Shown one piece after another: positions 29,440 to 38,077 of a DNA stretch of 53,660 nucleotides (position 1 is the first letter of the stretch; each line of letters begins with the position of its first letter). The position numbers were made by a program, and so were the translations under genes. The notes under the pieces are model-generated. The model ran no database searches, was not told the origin of the DNA, and saw nothing but the letters and a program-made list of their open reading frames with translations. The DNA is taken from the NCBI GenBank assembly GCA_963623675.1, contig CAVFMZ010000003.1, positions 1-53,660 of the forward strand. Direction: 5' to 3'. The DNA is from Firmicutes bacterium CAG:176. GTDB lineage: Bacteria; Bacillota; Clostridia; Lachnospirales; Lachnospiraceae.

Positions 29440-30642
29440 TTATTTTTCTTCGACGATCTGGAAGACGAAGAATTTTAAATAATAACTTTCATCCGCTGCC
29501 CACAGGATCGGGTGGTCCGGTGCCTGGGTGCGGAATTCTACCTGGCGGAGACGTTTATGGGTGGCTTTGGCAGCTTCCTTTACGGTTTTCGCCAGCAGTT
29601 CCTGGGTCATGAAGTGAGAGCAGGAGCAGGTGGCGAAGTAGCCGCCGTCTTTGACCAGTTTGAGACCTTTCATATTGATCTCCCGGTAGCCTTTGATGGC
29701 ATTTTTGGTAGCCTCTCTGGACTTGGTGAAAGCAGGCGGGTCCAGAATGACCACGTCATATTTTTCACCGGCTGCGGCAAGCTTCGGAAGCTCGTCCAAC
29801 ACGTTGGCACAGCGGAAATGCACCGTATCCTGCAGGCCGTTCAGACGGGCGTTGGCTTCAGCCTGGGAAACCGCGTACTCGGAAATATCAAGTCCGGTGA
29901 CGTCGCTGGCTCCGGCAATACCGGCATTCAGTGCGAAGGTGCCCATATGGGTGAAGCAGTCCAGTACCTTTTTGCCTTTGCAGATGCGCTGCATGGCAAG
30001 GCGGTTGTATTTCTGATCCAGGAAAAATCCGGTCTTCTGGCCATTTGCCACATCCACCAGATAGTGAACGCCATTTTCAGTGATTTCTACGGTCGTGTCA
30101 AATTCTTCCCCGATAAATCCTTTTACTTTTGGCAGGCCTTCCTTGGTGCGTTCGTTGGCGTCGCTGCGCTCATAGACGCCGCGGATGGTGATGCCATCCT
30201 CGGCCAGCAGTTCTTTTAAGATCGTTACAATCTCCTCTTTAAACGCTTCCATGCCAAGAGCCAGGCACTCCACAACCAGCACATCTTCATATTTATCGAT
30301 GACCAGTCCGGGCAGGAAATCCGCCTCGCCGAAAATAATCCGGCAGGAGGAAGTGTCCACGGTGGTTTTGCGGTATTCCCATGCATTTTTCACCCGCATG
30401 GTTAAGAAAGCGTGGTCAATTTCCTGATCGGCTTTTCTTGTCATCATGCGGATGCGGATTTTTGAATTCTGGTTAATAAATCCGCTTCCCATAGGGTAGC
30501 CGTCAAAATCGTGAACCGTGACCAGATCCCCGTTTTTAAACCGTCCGGTGATGGTATCTATTTCGTTATCAAAAATCCAGGCGCCGCCGGACTTGATGGT
30601 ACGGCCCTCGCCCTTTTTCAGCGTTACAATCGTATGATACAT
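29440..30642 (-). CDS. rlmI: RlmI/YwbD-like 23S rRNA m5C methyltransferase (PUA plus class I SAM domain)
   Basis: EADFLPGLVIDKY, GQKTGFFLDQ, VLDCF, ILDPPAF, TCSCSH and QAPDHP. Confidence 0.85.
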   Translation of the reverse strand: MYHTIVTLKKGEGRTIKSGGAWIFDNEIDTITGRFKNGDLVTVHDFDGYPMGSGFINQNSKIRIRMMTRKADQEIDHAFLTMRVKNAWEYRKTTVDTSSCRIIFGEADFLPGLVIDKYEDVLVVECLALGMEAFKEEIVTILKELLAEDGITIRGVYERSDANERTKEGLPKVKGFIGEEFDTTVEITENGVHYLVDVANGQKTGFFLDQKYNRLAMQRICKGKKVLDCFTHMGTFALNAGIAGASDVTGLDISEYAVSQAEANARLNGLQDTVHFRCANVLDELPKLAAAGEKYDVVILDPPAFTKSREATKNAIKGYREINMKGLKLVKDGGYFATCSCSHFMTQELLAKTVKEAAKATHKRLRQVEFRTQAPDHPILWAADESYYLKFFVFQIVEEK

Positions 30643-30699
30643 AAATTCCTCTTTCTGAGTTGCTTTTTGCAGCTTTTGTATTATATAAACTTGTTTTTT

Positions 30700-30728
30700 A
30701 GTTTAGCGGTTATAAAAAGCAGTGTCAA
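30700..30728 (-). promoter_or_regulatory. SigmaA-type promoter for rlmI
   Basis: TTGACA-17 bp-TAAACT on the minus strand. Confidence 0.7.
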
Positions 30729-30731
30729 GAG

Positions 30732-30760
30732 GTATAAGGCGTGGAAAATGGGCCATACTC
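30732..30760 (+). promoter_or_regulatory. Forespore (sigmaG/sigmaF-type) promoter for the SASP gene
   Basis: GTATA-17 bp-CATACTC, with GG just upstream of the -10; lies upstream of a SASP gene. Confidence 0.65.
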
Positions 30761-30783
30761 TTGTTGAAGGATAGATTGCAAGT

Positions 30784-30942
30784 GACTGGACGGCGGAAGT
30801 GATAGCCTGTGAAGGGAACGTCCGCAGTCCCGGTACTTCATGAGAACGAGCAATCAGCGATGTTCGAATGTTAGTACCGCTGGATCGAGGACTTAGCGAG
30901 AGCGGTTCCTCTTCACAGCCTGTCACTTCCAACTGTCCAGTT
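30784..30942. other. ~160-nt long imperfect hairpin (structured leader RNA or palindromic repeat element)
   Basis: Nested stems: 30784-93/30933-42, 30795-805/30920-30, 30807-14/30911-18, 30815-19/30905-09, 30826-30/30889-93, 30831-37/30873-79. Confidence 0.8.
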
Positions 30943-30969
30943 AATAGGGATTAGCAGAAAGGAGCCTAT

Positions 30970-31158
30970 ATGGAATTTGACCAATTAGAAGAGAGCGACC
31001 GGATGAAATATGAGATTGCAGAGGAGCTGGGATTGTTGGAAAAGGTACAGAAAGGCGGCTGGAAATCGTTATCGTCCAGGGAGACGGGAAGGATCGGCGG
31101 CATCTTAAGCACCAGACGAAAAGCACAGGCGAAAAAAGAAAGACCGGAACAGGCATAA
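30970..31158 (+). CDS. Small acid-soluble spore protein, alpha/beta-type (SspF-like)
   Basis: MKYEIAEELGL...GGWKSLSSRETGRIGG; RBS AAAGGAG. Confidence 0.88.
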   Translation: MEFDQLEESDRMKYEIAEELGLLEKVQKGGWKSLSSRETGRIGGILSTRRKAQAKKERPEQA

Positions 31159-31187
31159 CACCTGCTCCGGTATGAACAGCAGACGGA

Positions 31188-31880
31188 TTAAATGCGGATG
31201 GGTGCTTTGTAATCAGCGCCCAGCATCTGTTTTTTCTTCTCCTGGAATTCCCAGAAATAATTTTCTTCCACGTCAGACCAGGAGTGGGTGGCACGGTCAT
31301 AGACCTGCAGAAATCCCTCCAGTTCCGGATGCTGGCGCACGGTGTTGTTGAGATATTCTTCTCCGGTCATGGGATTGATTTCACCTGCCGGGCGGACACG
31401 ACGGAAGGCTTCCGGAATCTGGAAGGTAATGTGGTCGCCGTTTTCGAGAGTCCGGTCGATGGTTTTCTCGGCATCGGCAGAGGAGTCCTGTTGAACGCTG
31501 GATTCCGGCTGCACATGGCCGGACAATGGCGCAGCTTCTGACTGCATAAAATCCGCCTGCATTTGGTCAGGCTGAGTTACAGGCGGAACGCCAGGTGCAG
31601 GTGCCACATGGGGCGGCAGCTCTCTGGCAGCCTTGGGCCATGCGTATTCGGAAGCTGCGGTGTCAGCAGGCTCCAGCCGGATGGATACCCGATAGCCAAG
31701 AAGTCCCGCGATGGTGTACATATCCTGCTCAGGAAAATTATCCCGCTTGAGCCGCTGGGTCAGATTCTGCCGGGACATAGGTTGTCCGGTAGACTGAGTG
31801 TAGAGATCTGCCAGATCTTTGATGGTCATGTGTTTTCTGTTCAGCAGTATTTTAATCTGTTCGCCAAATGATAGTTCCAT
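31188..31880 (-). CDS. Hypothetical protein: N-terminal XRE-like HTH, Pro/Gln-rich linker, unknown C-terminal domain
   Basis: RBS GAAGGAGG before ATG 31880; FGEQIKILLNRKHMTIKDLA...SRQNLTQRLKR. Confidence 0.75.
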   Translation of the reverse strand: MELSFGEQIKILLNRKHMTIKDLADLYTQSTGQPMSRQNLTQRLKRDNFPEQDMYTIAGLLGYRVSIRLEPADTAASEYAWPKAARELPPHVAPAPGVPPVTQPDQMQADFMQSEAAPLSGHVQPESSVQQDSSADAEKTIDRTLENGDHITFQIPEAFRRVRPAGEINPMTGEEYLNNTVRQHPELEGFLQVYDRATHSWSDVEENYFWEFQEKKKQMLGADYKAPIRI

Positions 31881-32095
31881 AAGGTCCTCCTTCTTTCGGG
31901 TGTATAGTCTGTGGATATGATTATAATATAAATATCTTGTCATGTAAATTAAAAAGTTTCTTAAGATAGACAAATTTGAAGAATGAAAAATCGTAAAAAA
32001 TCAAACCAAATTCATAAGGATGCAGGTATAAAATCCTATCAATATACTGTAGAATACAATCAGACAGAATAGGAAGGCAACTTGGGAGGTTCGTA

Positions 32096-32320
32096 ATGAT
32101 GAAATTTCAGATTCAGTTAAATTCGATAGAGGATGCGATCCGCGTGGTGAATCACCTGGAGCAGTATGAGCAGCCGGTGAACGCAAAAATTGGAAGTTAT
32201 ATGGTAGATGCAACATCCCTGATGGGATTGATCAGTATGGGGCTTGGAAAGAAAGTCGAGCTTTTGGTACATGGGGATGTAACCGAAAATTTTCATCAGA
32301 TGATTCATGAATTTCAGTAA
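32096..32320 (+). CDS. Short HPr-family protein lacking the His15 motif
   Basis: RBS GGGAGG; VDATSLMGLISM matches the HPr Ser46 region; no GLHARP. Confidence 0.8.
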   Translation: MMKFQIQLNSIEDAIRVVNHLEQYEQPVNAKIGSYMVDATSLMGLISMGLGKKVELLVHGDVTENFHQMIHEFQ

Positions 32321-32352
32321 CGCATAGACTGAAAGAAAAAGGAATTTTTCAC

Positions 32353-34071
32353 ATGAACAGTCAGAAAGCAGGCAATGATCTGAACCTAGCGCTGGATGCC
32401 ACGGAAGAGGAACGGGAGCGATCCCTGAACCTGAACGTGGGATACGACAGGAAAGACAGAACATGGGAATTGATTGTCAAATATTCCGGCAGCCTGGAGC
32501 GGATTGCTTCAGATGCCGTGCAGGTGACAGAATTATCCAATGAATATGCAATTTTAAAAGTACGGGAGCCACTGGTGGAGACACTGGCGGCTCTTCCTGA
32601 AATTGAATATATTGAGAAACCGCACCGCCTGTATTTCCAGCGGGAAAATGGAAAGAGGGTGTCCTGTGTAAATCCTGTGCAGAGAGCACCCTTATCGTTG
32701 ACCGGAAAAGGCGTGCTGGCAGCAGTGTTGGATTCCGGTGTGGACTATACCCATCCGGAATTCCGGAATGAGGACGGAACAACCCGGATCGCGGCATACT
32801 GGGATCAGACAGGGAGTGGAACATCGCCGGAGGGATCGGCGCGGGCAGCAGGGGAGCCGCCCGAGGGCTTTTATGAGGGCATGGAATATACAAGGGCGCA
32901 GATAAATGAGGCACTGCAGTCCGGAAACAGACTTCCTGTCAGTGATGGCAGCGGACACGGAACAGGTGTGGCAGCCATTGTGGCAGGAAATGGAGGCATT
33001 GCGCCGGACAGTGAGCTTCTGGTGGTAAAGCTTGGCATTCCCGGGGAGACCGGATTTCCCAGAACTACAGAACTCATGGAAGGGCTGGATTATGTGCTTC
33101 GTAAGGCGCTGGAGTACCGGATGCCGGTGGCCGTAAATATCAGCTTTGGAAACACGTATGGTTCACACCGGGGAACCAGTCTTCTGGAAACATATCTTGA
33201 TGATATGAGCAGCCGCTGGAAAAATGTGATCTGTATCGGAAGTGGAAATGAAGGAAACAGAGCCGGACATACGGCGGGAAATTTAACCGGAGTGCGGGAG
33301 CAGCTGGTGGAACTGACGGTGGCCGCCTACGAACCGGCATTGAGCATACAAATATGGAAAAATTACGTGGATCGATTTCGGATCTATCTGACAGCACCGG
33401 ATGGAACGACAGTCGGTCCTTTTTATGAACGCCCGCCCGCTCAACGCTATCTGGCAGATAGAACGGAACTTCTGGTCTATTACGGAGAACCGGGTCCTTA
33501 TAGTGTGGATCAGGAAATCTTTATAGAAATGATCCCACTTAGTGGATATGTGGATGCGGGAGTGTGGACGATCCGTCTGGTTTCGGAAGAAATTGTGGAT
33601 GGAACCTGGCAAATGTGGCTGCCTGGCAGCGCGGCTCTGGGAACGGAGACCCGGTTCCTGCGCCCGGTGGAAGAGACAACGATTACCATTCCCTCCACGG
33701 CATCAAAAGTGGTGACTGTGGGAGCTTATGATGCCCTGACCAACACTTATGCAGATTTTTCCGGCCGTGGCGGTAAAAATGGAATCCAGAAGCCGGATCT
33801 TGTGGCGCCGGGGGTGGAGATCCTGACCGCCGCACCCGGCGGCGGATACGCCCGCCAGACCGGTACTTCCTTCGCCGTTCCTTTCGTCACTGGTGCAGCT
33901 GCCCTGCTCATGCAGTATGGAATTGTTGATGGGAATGATCCGTATCTTTATGGAGAAAAAGTGAAGGCATATCTCCGCCGCGGCGCAGCACCCCTGCCGG
34001 GGCTCAGAGAGTATCCCGATGAACGGGTGGGGTACGGGACATTATGTGCAGCACAAAGTTTCCCCGAATAA
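32353..34071 (+). CDS. Csp-type subtilisin (S8) germination protease
   Basis: Intact triad VLDSG / GHGTGVA / GTSFA; jelly-roll-type insertion between GNEG and TIPSTA; prodomain WELIVKY. Confidence 0.85.
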   Translation: MNSQKAGNDLNLALDATEEERERSLNLNVGYDRKDRTWELIVKYSGSLERIASDAVQVTELSNEYAILKVREPLVETLAALPEIEYIEKPHRLYFQRENGKRVSCVNPVQRAPLSLTGKGVLAAVLDSGVDYTHPEFRNEDGTTRIAAYWDQTGSGTSPEGSARAAGEPPEGFYEGMEYTRAQINEALQSGNRLPVSDGSGHGTGVAAIVAGNGGIAPDSELLVVKLGIPGETGFPRTTELMEGLDYVLRKALEYRMPVAVNISFGNTYGSHRGTSLLETYLDDMSSRWKNVICIGSGNEGNRAGHTAGNLTGVREQLVELTVAAYEPALSIQIWKNYVDRFRIYLTAPDGTTVGPFYERPPAQRYLADRTELLVYYGEPGPYSVDQEIFIEMIPLSGYVDAGVWTIRLVSEEIVDGTWQMWLPGSAALGTETRFLRPVEETTITIPSTASKVVTVGAYDALTNTYADFSGRGGKNGIQKPDLVAPGVEILTAAPGGGYARQTGTSFAVPFVTGAAALLMQYGIVDGNDPYLYGEKVKAYLRRGAAPLPGLREYPDERVGYGTLCAAQSFPE

Positions 34072-34095
34072 AGTGGTCGAATTCGACCACTTTAT
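34068..34095. repeat. Perfect 28-bp palindrome between convergent genes
   Basis: ATAAAGTGGTCGAATTCGACCACTTTAT; contains both TAA stop codons. Confidence 0.95.
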
Positions 34096-34505
34096 CGTTT
34101 CCGGCATACGCAGAAATGACAGACACTTCCTACGCCTTCTTCTCTCATAGGACAGAAATACAATGTGGTATTGTCCTTTTGCACTGCCGTATAATGCACA
34201 GCCTCCTGAGGATGCAGCGGCAGCTGGCAGACAAAGCAGAGATAGATACAGGGAAGGATAATCCATTTCCAGCTTTCCGGGTGATCGGCCATATAGGTTC
34301 CCAGATAGGCTTTCAGCATATTTTTAAGGGCTGCGACCTGAGAGGAAGAAACTTCTCCTTCCGGAATATCCGTTCGGCCCATGATTTCCAGCATGGTGCG
34401 GCGGTTATACTGGCTGATATGAGCAATGGTGTTATTTGTCAGTTTTTCATATTCTTCTGCGGTGATGGCAGATTTTAACTGTTCTAATAAAGTGGATATT
34501 TTCAT
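34092..34505 (-). CDS. DUF2115 (UPF0305)-like protein with Cys-rich C-terminus
   Basis: IYLCFVCQLPLHP...YFCPMREEG...SVCHFCVC; RBS AGGAG. Confidence 0.65.
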   Translation of the reverse strand: MKISTLLEQLKSAITAEEYEKLTNNTIAHISQYNRRTMLEIMGRTDIPEGEVSSSQVAALKNMLKAYLGTYMADHPESWKWIILPCIYLCFVCQLPLHPQEAVHYTAVQKDNTTLYFCPMREEGVGSVCHFCVCRKR

Positions 34506-34563
34506 AAGTGATTCTCCTGCAAAAATTATAGGGCTGATAAGGTAAACTGTAAAGAAAATTCTC

Positions 34564-34594
34564 TTGACTTAAACCTGACTTCAAGTTTTACAAT
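34564..34594 (+). promoter_or_regulatory. MerR-type promoter/operator
   Basis: TTGACT-19 bp-TACAAT with an imperfect dyad ACTTAAA-cctgac-TTCAAGT overlapping the -35 and spacer. Confidence 0.65.
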
Positions 34595-34628
34595 AAATAT
34601 AACTGAAAAGAAAAACGGAGGAGAAGCT

Positions 34629-35630
34629 ATGTGTAATTGTAAAGCAGTTCCGGGAACTGGAGGAGAGAAATATATTCCATATGAGAAACGTACAGGAGAA
34701 GAGTCCGTTGTTTACTTTACCAGAGATCTTTCCGCAGAGGGCCTGAGAAAGATTTATGCGAAAGTCAGTGAGCATCTGAATGGAAAAATCGCAGTAAAGC
34801 TTCACACAGGAGAGAAACACGGCCCGAACATCATTCCGGGACCGTGGGTAGAGGCTTTGGTCAAAAATGATATTCCGGATGGAACCATTGTAGAGACCAA
34901 CACCTATTATGAGGGCGACCGTTATACCACAGAGCAGCATCGTGAGACGCTGAAGGTCAATGGCTGGACATTCTGTCCGGTAGACATTATGGATGAGAAC
35001 GGAACCATGATGCTTCCGGTAAAAGACGGAAAATGGTTTACCGAGATGAGCGTAGGAAAAGATCTGGTAAATTATGATTCCTTCCTGGCACTGACTCATT
35101 TCAAAGGACATACCATGGGCGGTTTCGGCGGATCCAATAAGAATATCGGCATTGGCTGTGCAGACGGCCGCATCGGTAAGAAAATGATCCATACAGCAGA
35201 AGGTTCTGACAATATGTGGAGTATTGCCGAAGAAGAGCTGATGGAGCGTATCACCGAGTCCACCAAAGCAACCGTTGATCATTTTGCAGGACATATCGCA
35301 TATATTAATGTGCTGAGAAATATGTCCGTATCCTGCGACTGTGAAGGTGTGGCAGCAGCACCGGTAGTTACCCCGAATATCGGAATCGTGGCATCTGTTG
35401 ATATTCTGGCAGCCGACCAGGCATCTGTTGACCTGGTATATGCGCTGAAGGAAGAAGATCATCATGATCTGGTCGAGAGAATGGAGACCCGTCACGGTCT
35501 GTGCCAGCTTTCTTACATGAAAGAAATGGGCATGGGAAATGACAGATATCATCTCATCGATATTGACCATGAGGATAAAGAAATCAAACCGGCAGAAGCA
35601 GTAGAAGGTGTTGTTCCTTTCGAAGCATAA
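34629..35630 (+). CDS. DUF362 domain-containing Fe-S protein
   Basis: KLHTGE, HFKGHTMGGFGGSNKNIGIGC, SCDC and DILAADQAS. Confidence 0.82.
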   Translation: MCNCKAVPGTGGEKYIPYEKRTGEESVVYFTRDLSAEGLRKIYAKVSEHLNGKIAVKLHTGEKHGPNIIPGPWVEALVKNDIPDGTIVETNTYYEGDRYTTEQHRETLKVNGWTFCPVDIMDENGTMMLPVKDGKWFTEMSVGKDLVNYDSFLALTHFKGHTMGGFGGSNKNIGIGCADGRIGKKMIHTAEGSDNMWSIAEEELMERITESTKATVDHFAGHIAYINVLRNMSVSCDCEGVAAAPVVTPNIGIVASVDILAADQASVDLVYALKEEDHHDLVERMETRHGLCQLSYMKEMGMGNDRYHLIDIDHEDKEIKPAEAVEGVVPFEA

Positions 35631-35651
35631 TCTGCAAAAAGGAAAGTCTGT

Positions 35652-35685
35652 AAAGAGAGAGTGCAGCCGCATTCTCTCTTTTTTT
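35652..35685 (+). terminator. Intrinsic terminator
   Basis: AAAGAGAGAGTGC-agcc-GCATTCTCTCTTT plus a T-tract. Confidence 0.85.
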
Positions 35686-35739
35686 GAGCATATTTTTATG
35701 TTACACTGACTGCAGAAGAAAATGCGGGAGTACAAAAAG

Positions 35740-36321
35740 ATGGCAAAGAAAAATCTGAAAAAAACAAAGAGTAAAATTGTATCAGCCGCCTGGAAATTAT
35801 TTTATGAACAGGGCTATGAAGATACGACCATAGAGGAAATCATCGAGGAGTCCGGCACTTCTAAAGGATCCTTTTATCATTACTTTGAGGGAAAGGATGC
35901 CCTTTTGAGTTCACTGGCCTATATGATGGATGAAAAATACGAGGAGTTGGAGCCGCAGATCGGGGAAAATGAGAACAGCTATGATGTGCTGCTGTATCTG
36001 AACCGGGAGCTTCTGACCATGATTGAAGAGACCATTAACATCGAACTGCTTGCACGGCTGTATTCCACCCAACTGACCACCCATGGAGACCGGCCGCTGC
36101 TGGATCATGGAAGAACTTACTATAAACTTCTGCGGAAAATTATTTCCAGAGGACGCGAGCGGAGAGAATTGAGACAGGATATGAGTGTCAGTGAGATGGT
36201 GCGCTATTATGCCATGTGCGAGCGGGCGCTGCTCTACGAATGGTGCCTGCGGAAAGGGGAATATTCCCTGTCAGAAGAGGCAGAGCGCAAATTTCCCATG
36301 ATGATCCAGAGTCTGATTTAG
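35740..36321 (+). CDS. TetR/AcrR family transcriptional regulator
   Basis: LFYEQGYEDTTIEEIIEESGTSKGSFYHYFEGK; GGGAG RBS favours ATG 35740. Confidence 0.92.
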   Translation: MAKKNLKKTKSKIVSAAWKLFYEQGYEDTTIEEIIEESGTSKGSFYHYFEGKDALLSSLAYMMDEKYEELEPQIGENENSYDVLLYLNRELLTMIEETINIELLARLYSTQLTTHGDRPLLDHGRTYYKLLRKIISRGRERRELRQDMSVSEMVRYYAMCERALLYEWCLRKGEYSLSEEAERKFPMMIQSLI

Positions 36322-36330
36322 ACGAAATAC

Positions 36331-36344
36331 TAGAATGGATTCTA
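36331..36344. promoter_or_regulatory. Candidate TetR operator upstream of putP
   Basis: Palindrome TAGAAT-gg-ATTCTA; another TAGAAT forms the extended -10 (TG-a-TAGAAT, about 36379-36387). Confidence 0.4.
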
Positions 36345-36454
36345 TACTAAACTCTGTATTGTATCCCATTACTGATTGTGATAGAATGCATGAAAAGTGT
36401 GAAAACAAAAGGTTTTTTCACGGACGAAAACCAGAACGAGAGGGAGAATGAAAA

Positions 36455-37984
36455 ATGAATACAGTACAGATCCTTATGCTGGCGACCATTTTGGTCTATC
36501 TGGCAGCAATGGTATGGATTGGAGCAATCCTTTCCGGAAAGAACCATACCACAGATGATTTCTATCTTGGAGGTCGTAAATTGGGACCGTTTGTGACGGC
36601 TATGAGTGCAGAAGCATCGGACATGAGCAGCTGGCTCCTCATGGGACTGCCGGGAGTTGCCTATCTGACCGGAACGGCAGATGCGGCATGGACGGCCATC
36701 GGCCTTGCCATCGGAACCTATGTAAACTGGCTGGTAGTGGCACAGAGACTTCGTCATTATACCCATGTTTGCAGAAATTCCACCACTCTGCCGTTGTTTT
36801 TCTCCAACCGTTATCGTGATGATAAGAGAATCCTTTCCGTCATTGCAGCAGTGTTGATTATTATTTTCTTTGTACCATATACGGCATCCGGATTTGCAGC
36901 CTGCGGAAAGCTGTTTTCCAATCTGTTCGGTGTCAATTATCTTCCGGCCATGATCATCAGTGCCATTGTCATTGTGGCGTACACGACTTTGGGCGGATTC
37001 CTGGCAGCAAGTACTACAGACTTTGTGCAGAGTATCGTCATGACGCTGGCAATTGTCGTGGTATTTGGATTTGGAATCAGCAAGGTAGGAAGCTTCGATG
37101 CTGTTATGGAAAACGCAAAATCCATGGCAGGATACTTCAGCCTGACCCAAATCTATGATCCGGCAACCGATTCCGCAGCACCCTACGGATTGCTGACAAT
37201 TTTCTCCATGCTGGCATGGGGGCTGGGATACTTCGGAATGCCGCACGTACTGCTTCGTTTCATGGCAATCGAAGATGCAAGGAAACTGAAGCTTTCCAGA
37301 AGAGTAGCAACCGTCTGGGTAGTCATTTCCATGGTGATCGCCGTATTCATCGGTGTAGTAGGAAATGCCATGACAAAAGTGGGAGCGATTCCGGTACTGG
37401 ATGACCCGGAGACCATTATCCTGGTGGTGGCAGATGTGATTTCCAGACATGGTTGCCTGGCAGCAATTGTGGCGGGACTGATCCTGGCAGGTATTCTGGC
37501 AGCCACCATGTCCACTGCAGATTCCCAGCTTCTGGCGGCCTCCTCCAGTGCTTCACAGAATATACTGAAGGAAGTATTTGTGAAGGACATGAGCGAGAAG
37601 ACGGGAATGGTGATCGCACGTGTGACGGTTCTGGTGATTGCAGTCATTGCCATGTTTATTGCAAGGAATTCTGACAGCTCCGTATTCCAGATTGTGTCCT
37701 TTGCATGGGCCGGTTTTGGCGCGTCCTTTGGACCATTGGTACTGATGGCACTGTTCTGGAAGCGTTCTACCCTGCAGGGGGCTTTTTGCGGAATGGTTTG
37801 CGGCGGTGCGATGGTATTTATCTGGAAATTCCTGGTCCGGCCCATGGGTGGTTTGCTTGGTATCTATGAGTTGCTTCCGGCTTTCCTGGTTGGACTGGCA
37901 GTGAATGTGATCGTCAGCCTGCTGACACCGGAGCCTTCTAAGGAAATTCAGGATGAGTTCGACAAGGTTGCGGCAATGAAATAA
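36455..37984 (+). CDS. putP: Sodium/proline symporter
   Basis: AMSAEASDMSSWLLMGLPG, AWGLGYFGMPHVLLRFMAI, AATMSTADSQLL and FAWAGFGASFGP. Confidence 0.9.
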   Translation: MNTVQILMLATILVYLAAMVWIGAILSGKNHTTDDFYLGGRKLGPFVTAMSAEASDMSSWLLMGLPGVAYLTGTADAAWTAIGLAIGTYVNWLVVAQRLRHYTHVCRNSTTLPLFFSNRYRDDKRILSVIAAVLIIIFFVPYTASGFAACGKLFSNLFGVNYLPAMIISAIVIVAYTTLGGFLAASTTDFVQSIVMTLAIVVVFGFGISKVGSFDAVMENAKSMAGYFSLTQIYDPATDSAAPYGLLTIFSMLAWGLGYFGMPHVLLRFMAIEDARKLKLSRRVATVWVVISMVIAVFIGVVGNAMTKVGAIPVLDDPETIILVVADVISRHGCLAAIVAGLILAGILAATMSTADSQLLAASSSASQNILKEVFVKDMSEKTGMVIARVTVLVIAVIAMFIARNSDSSVFQIVSFAWAGFGASFGPLVLMALFWKRSTLQGAFCGMVCGGAMVFIWKFLVRPMGGLLGIYELLPAFLVGLAVNVIVSLLTPEPSKEIQDEFDKVAAMK

Positions 37985-38017
37985 AAATCCCGCATTTCGT
38001 CGGTGTGGCGTATCTGC

Positions 38018-38060
38018 CAAAAAGAGAAGAGCCCGGATCCGGATGGATTCGGGCTCTTCC
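38018..38060. terminator. Terminator between convergent putP and glgD (T-tract on the minus strand)
   Basis: GAAGAGCCCGGATCC-ggat-GGATTCGGGCTCTTC. Confidence 0.8.
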
Positions 38061-38077
38061 CATATGTAGGAGTGATA

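Noticed and set aside
30681..30932. 83-aa minus-strand ORF across the long hairpin
   Set aside because: No RBS, no protein-like features, and it runs through two promoters; likely a by-product of the structured element
30784..30942. Identification of the hairpin as SRP RNA or 6S RNA
   Set aside because: No SRP helix-8 GGAA/CAGG...AGCAG motif; no large central bubble or terminator as expected for 6S. A covariance-model search is still needed to exclude 6S formally
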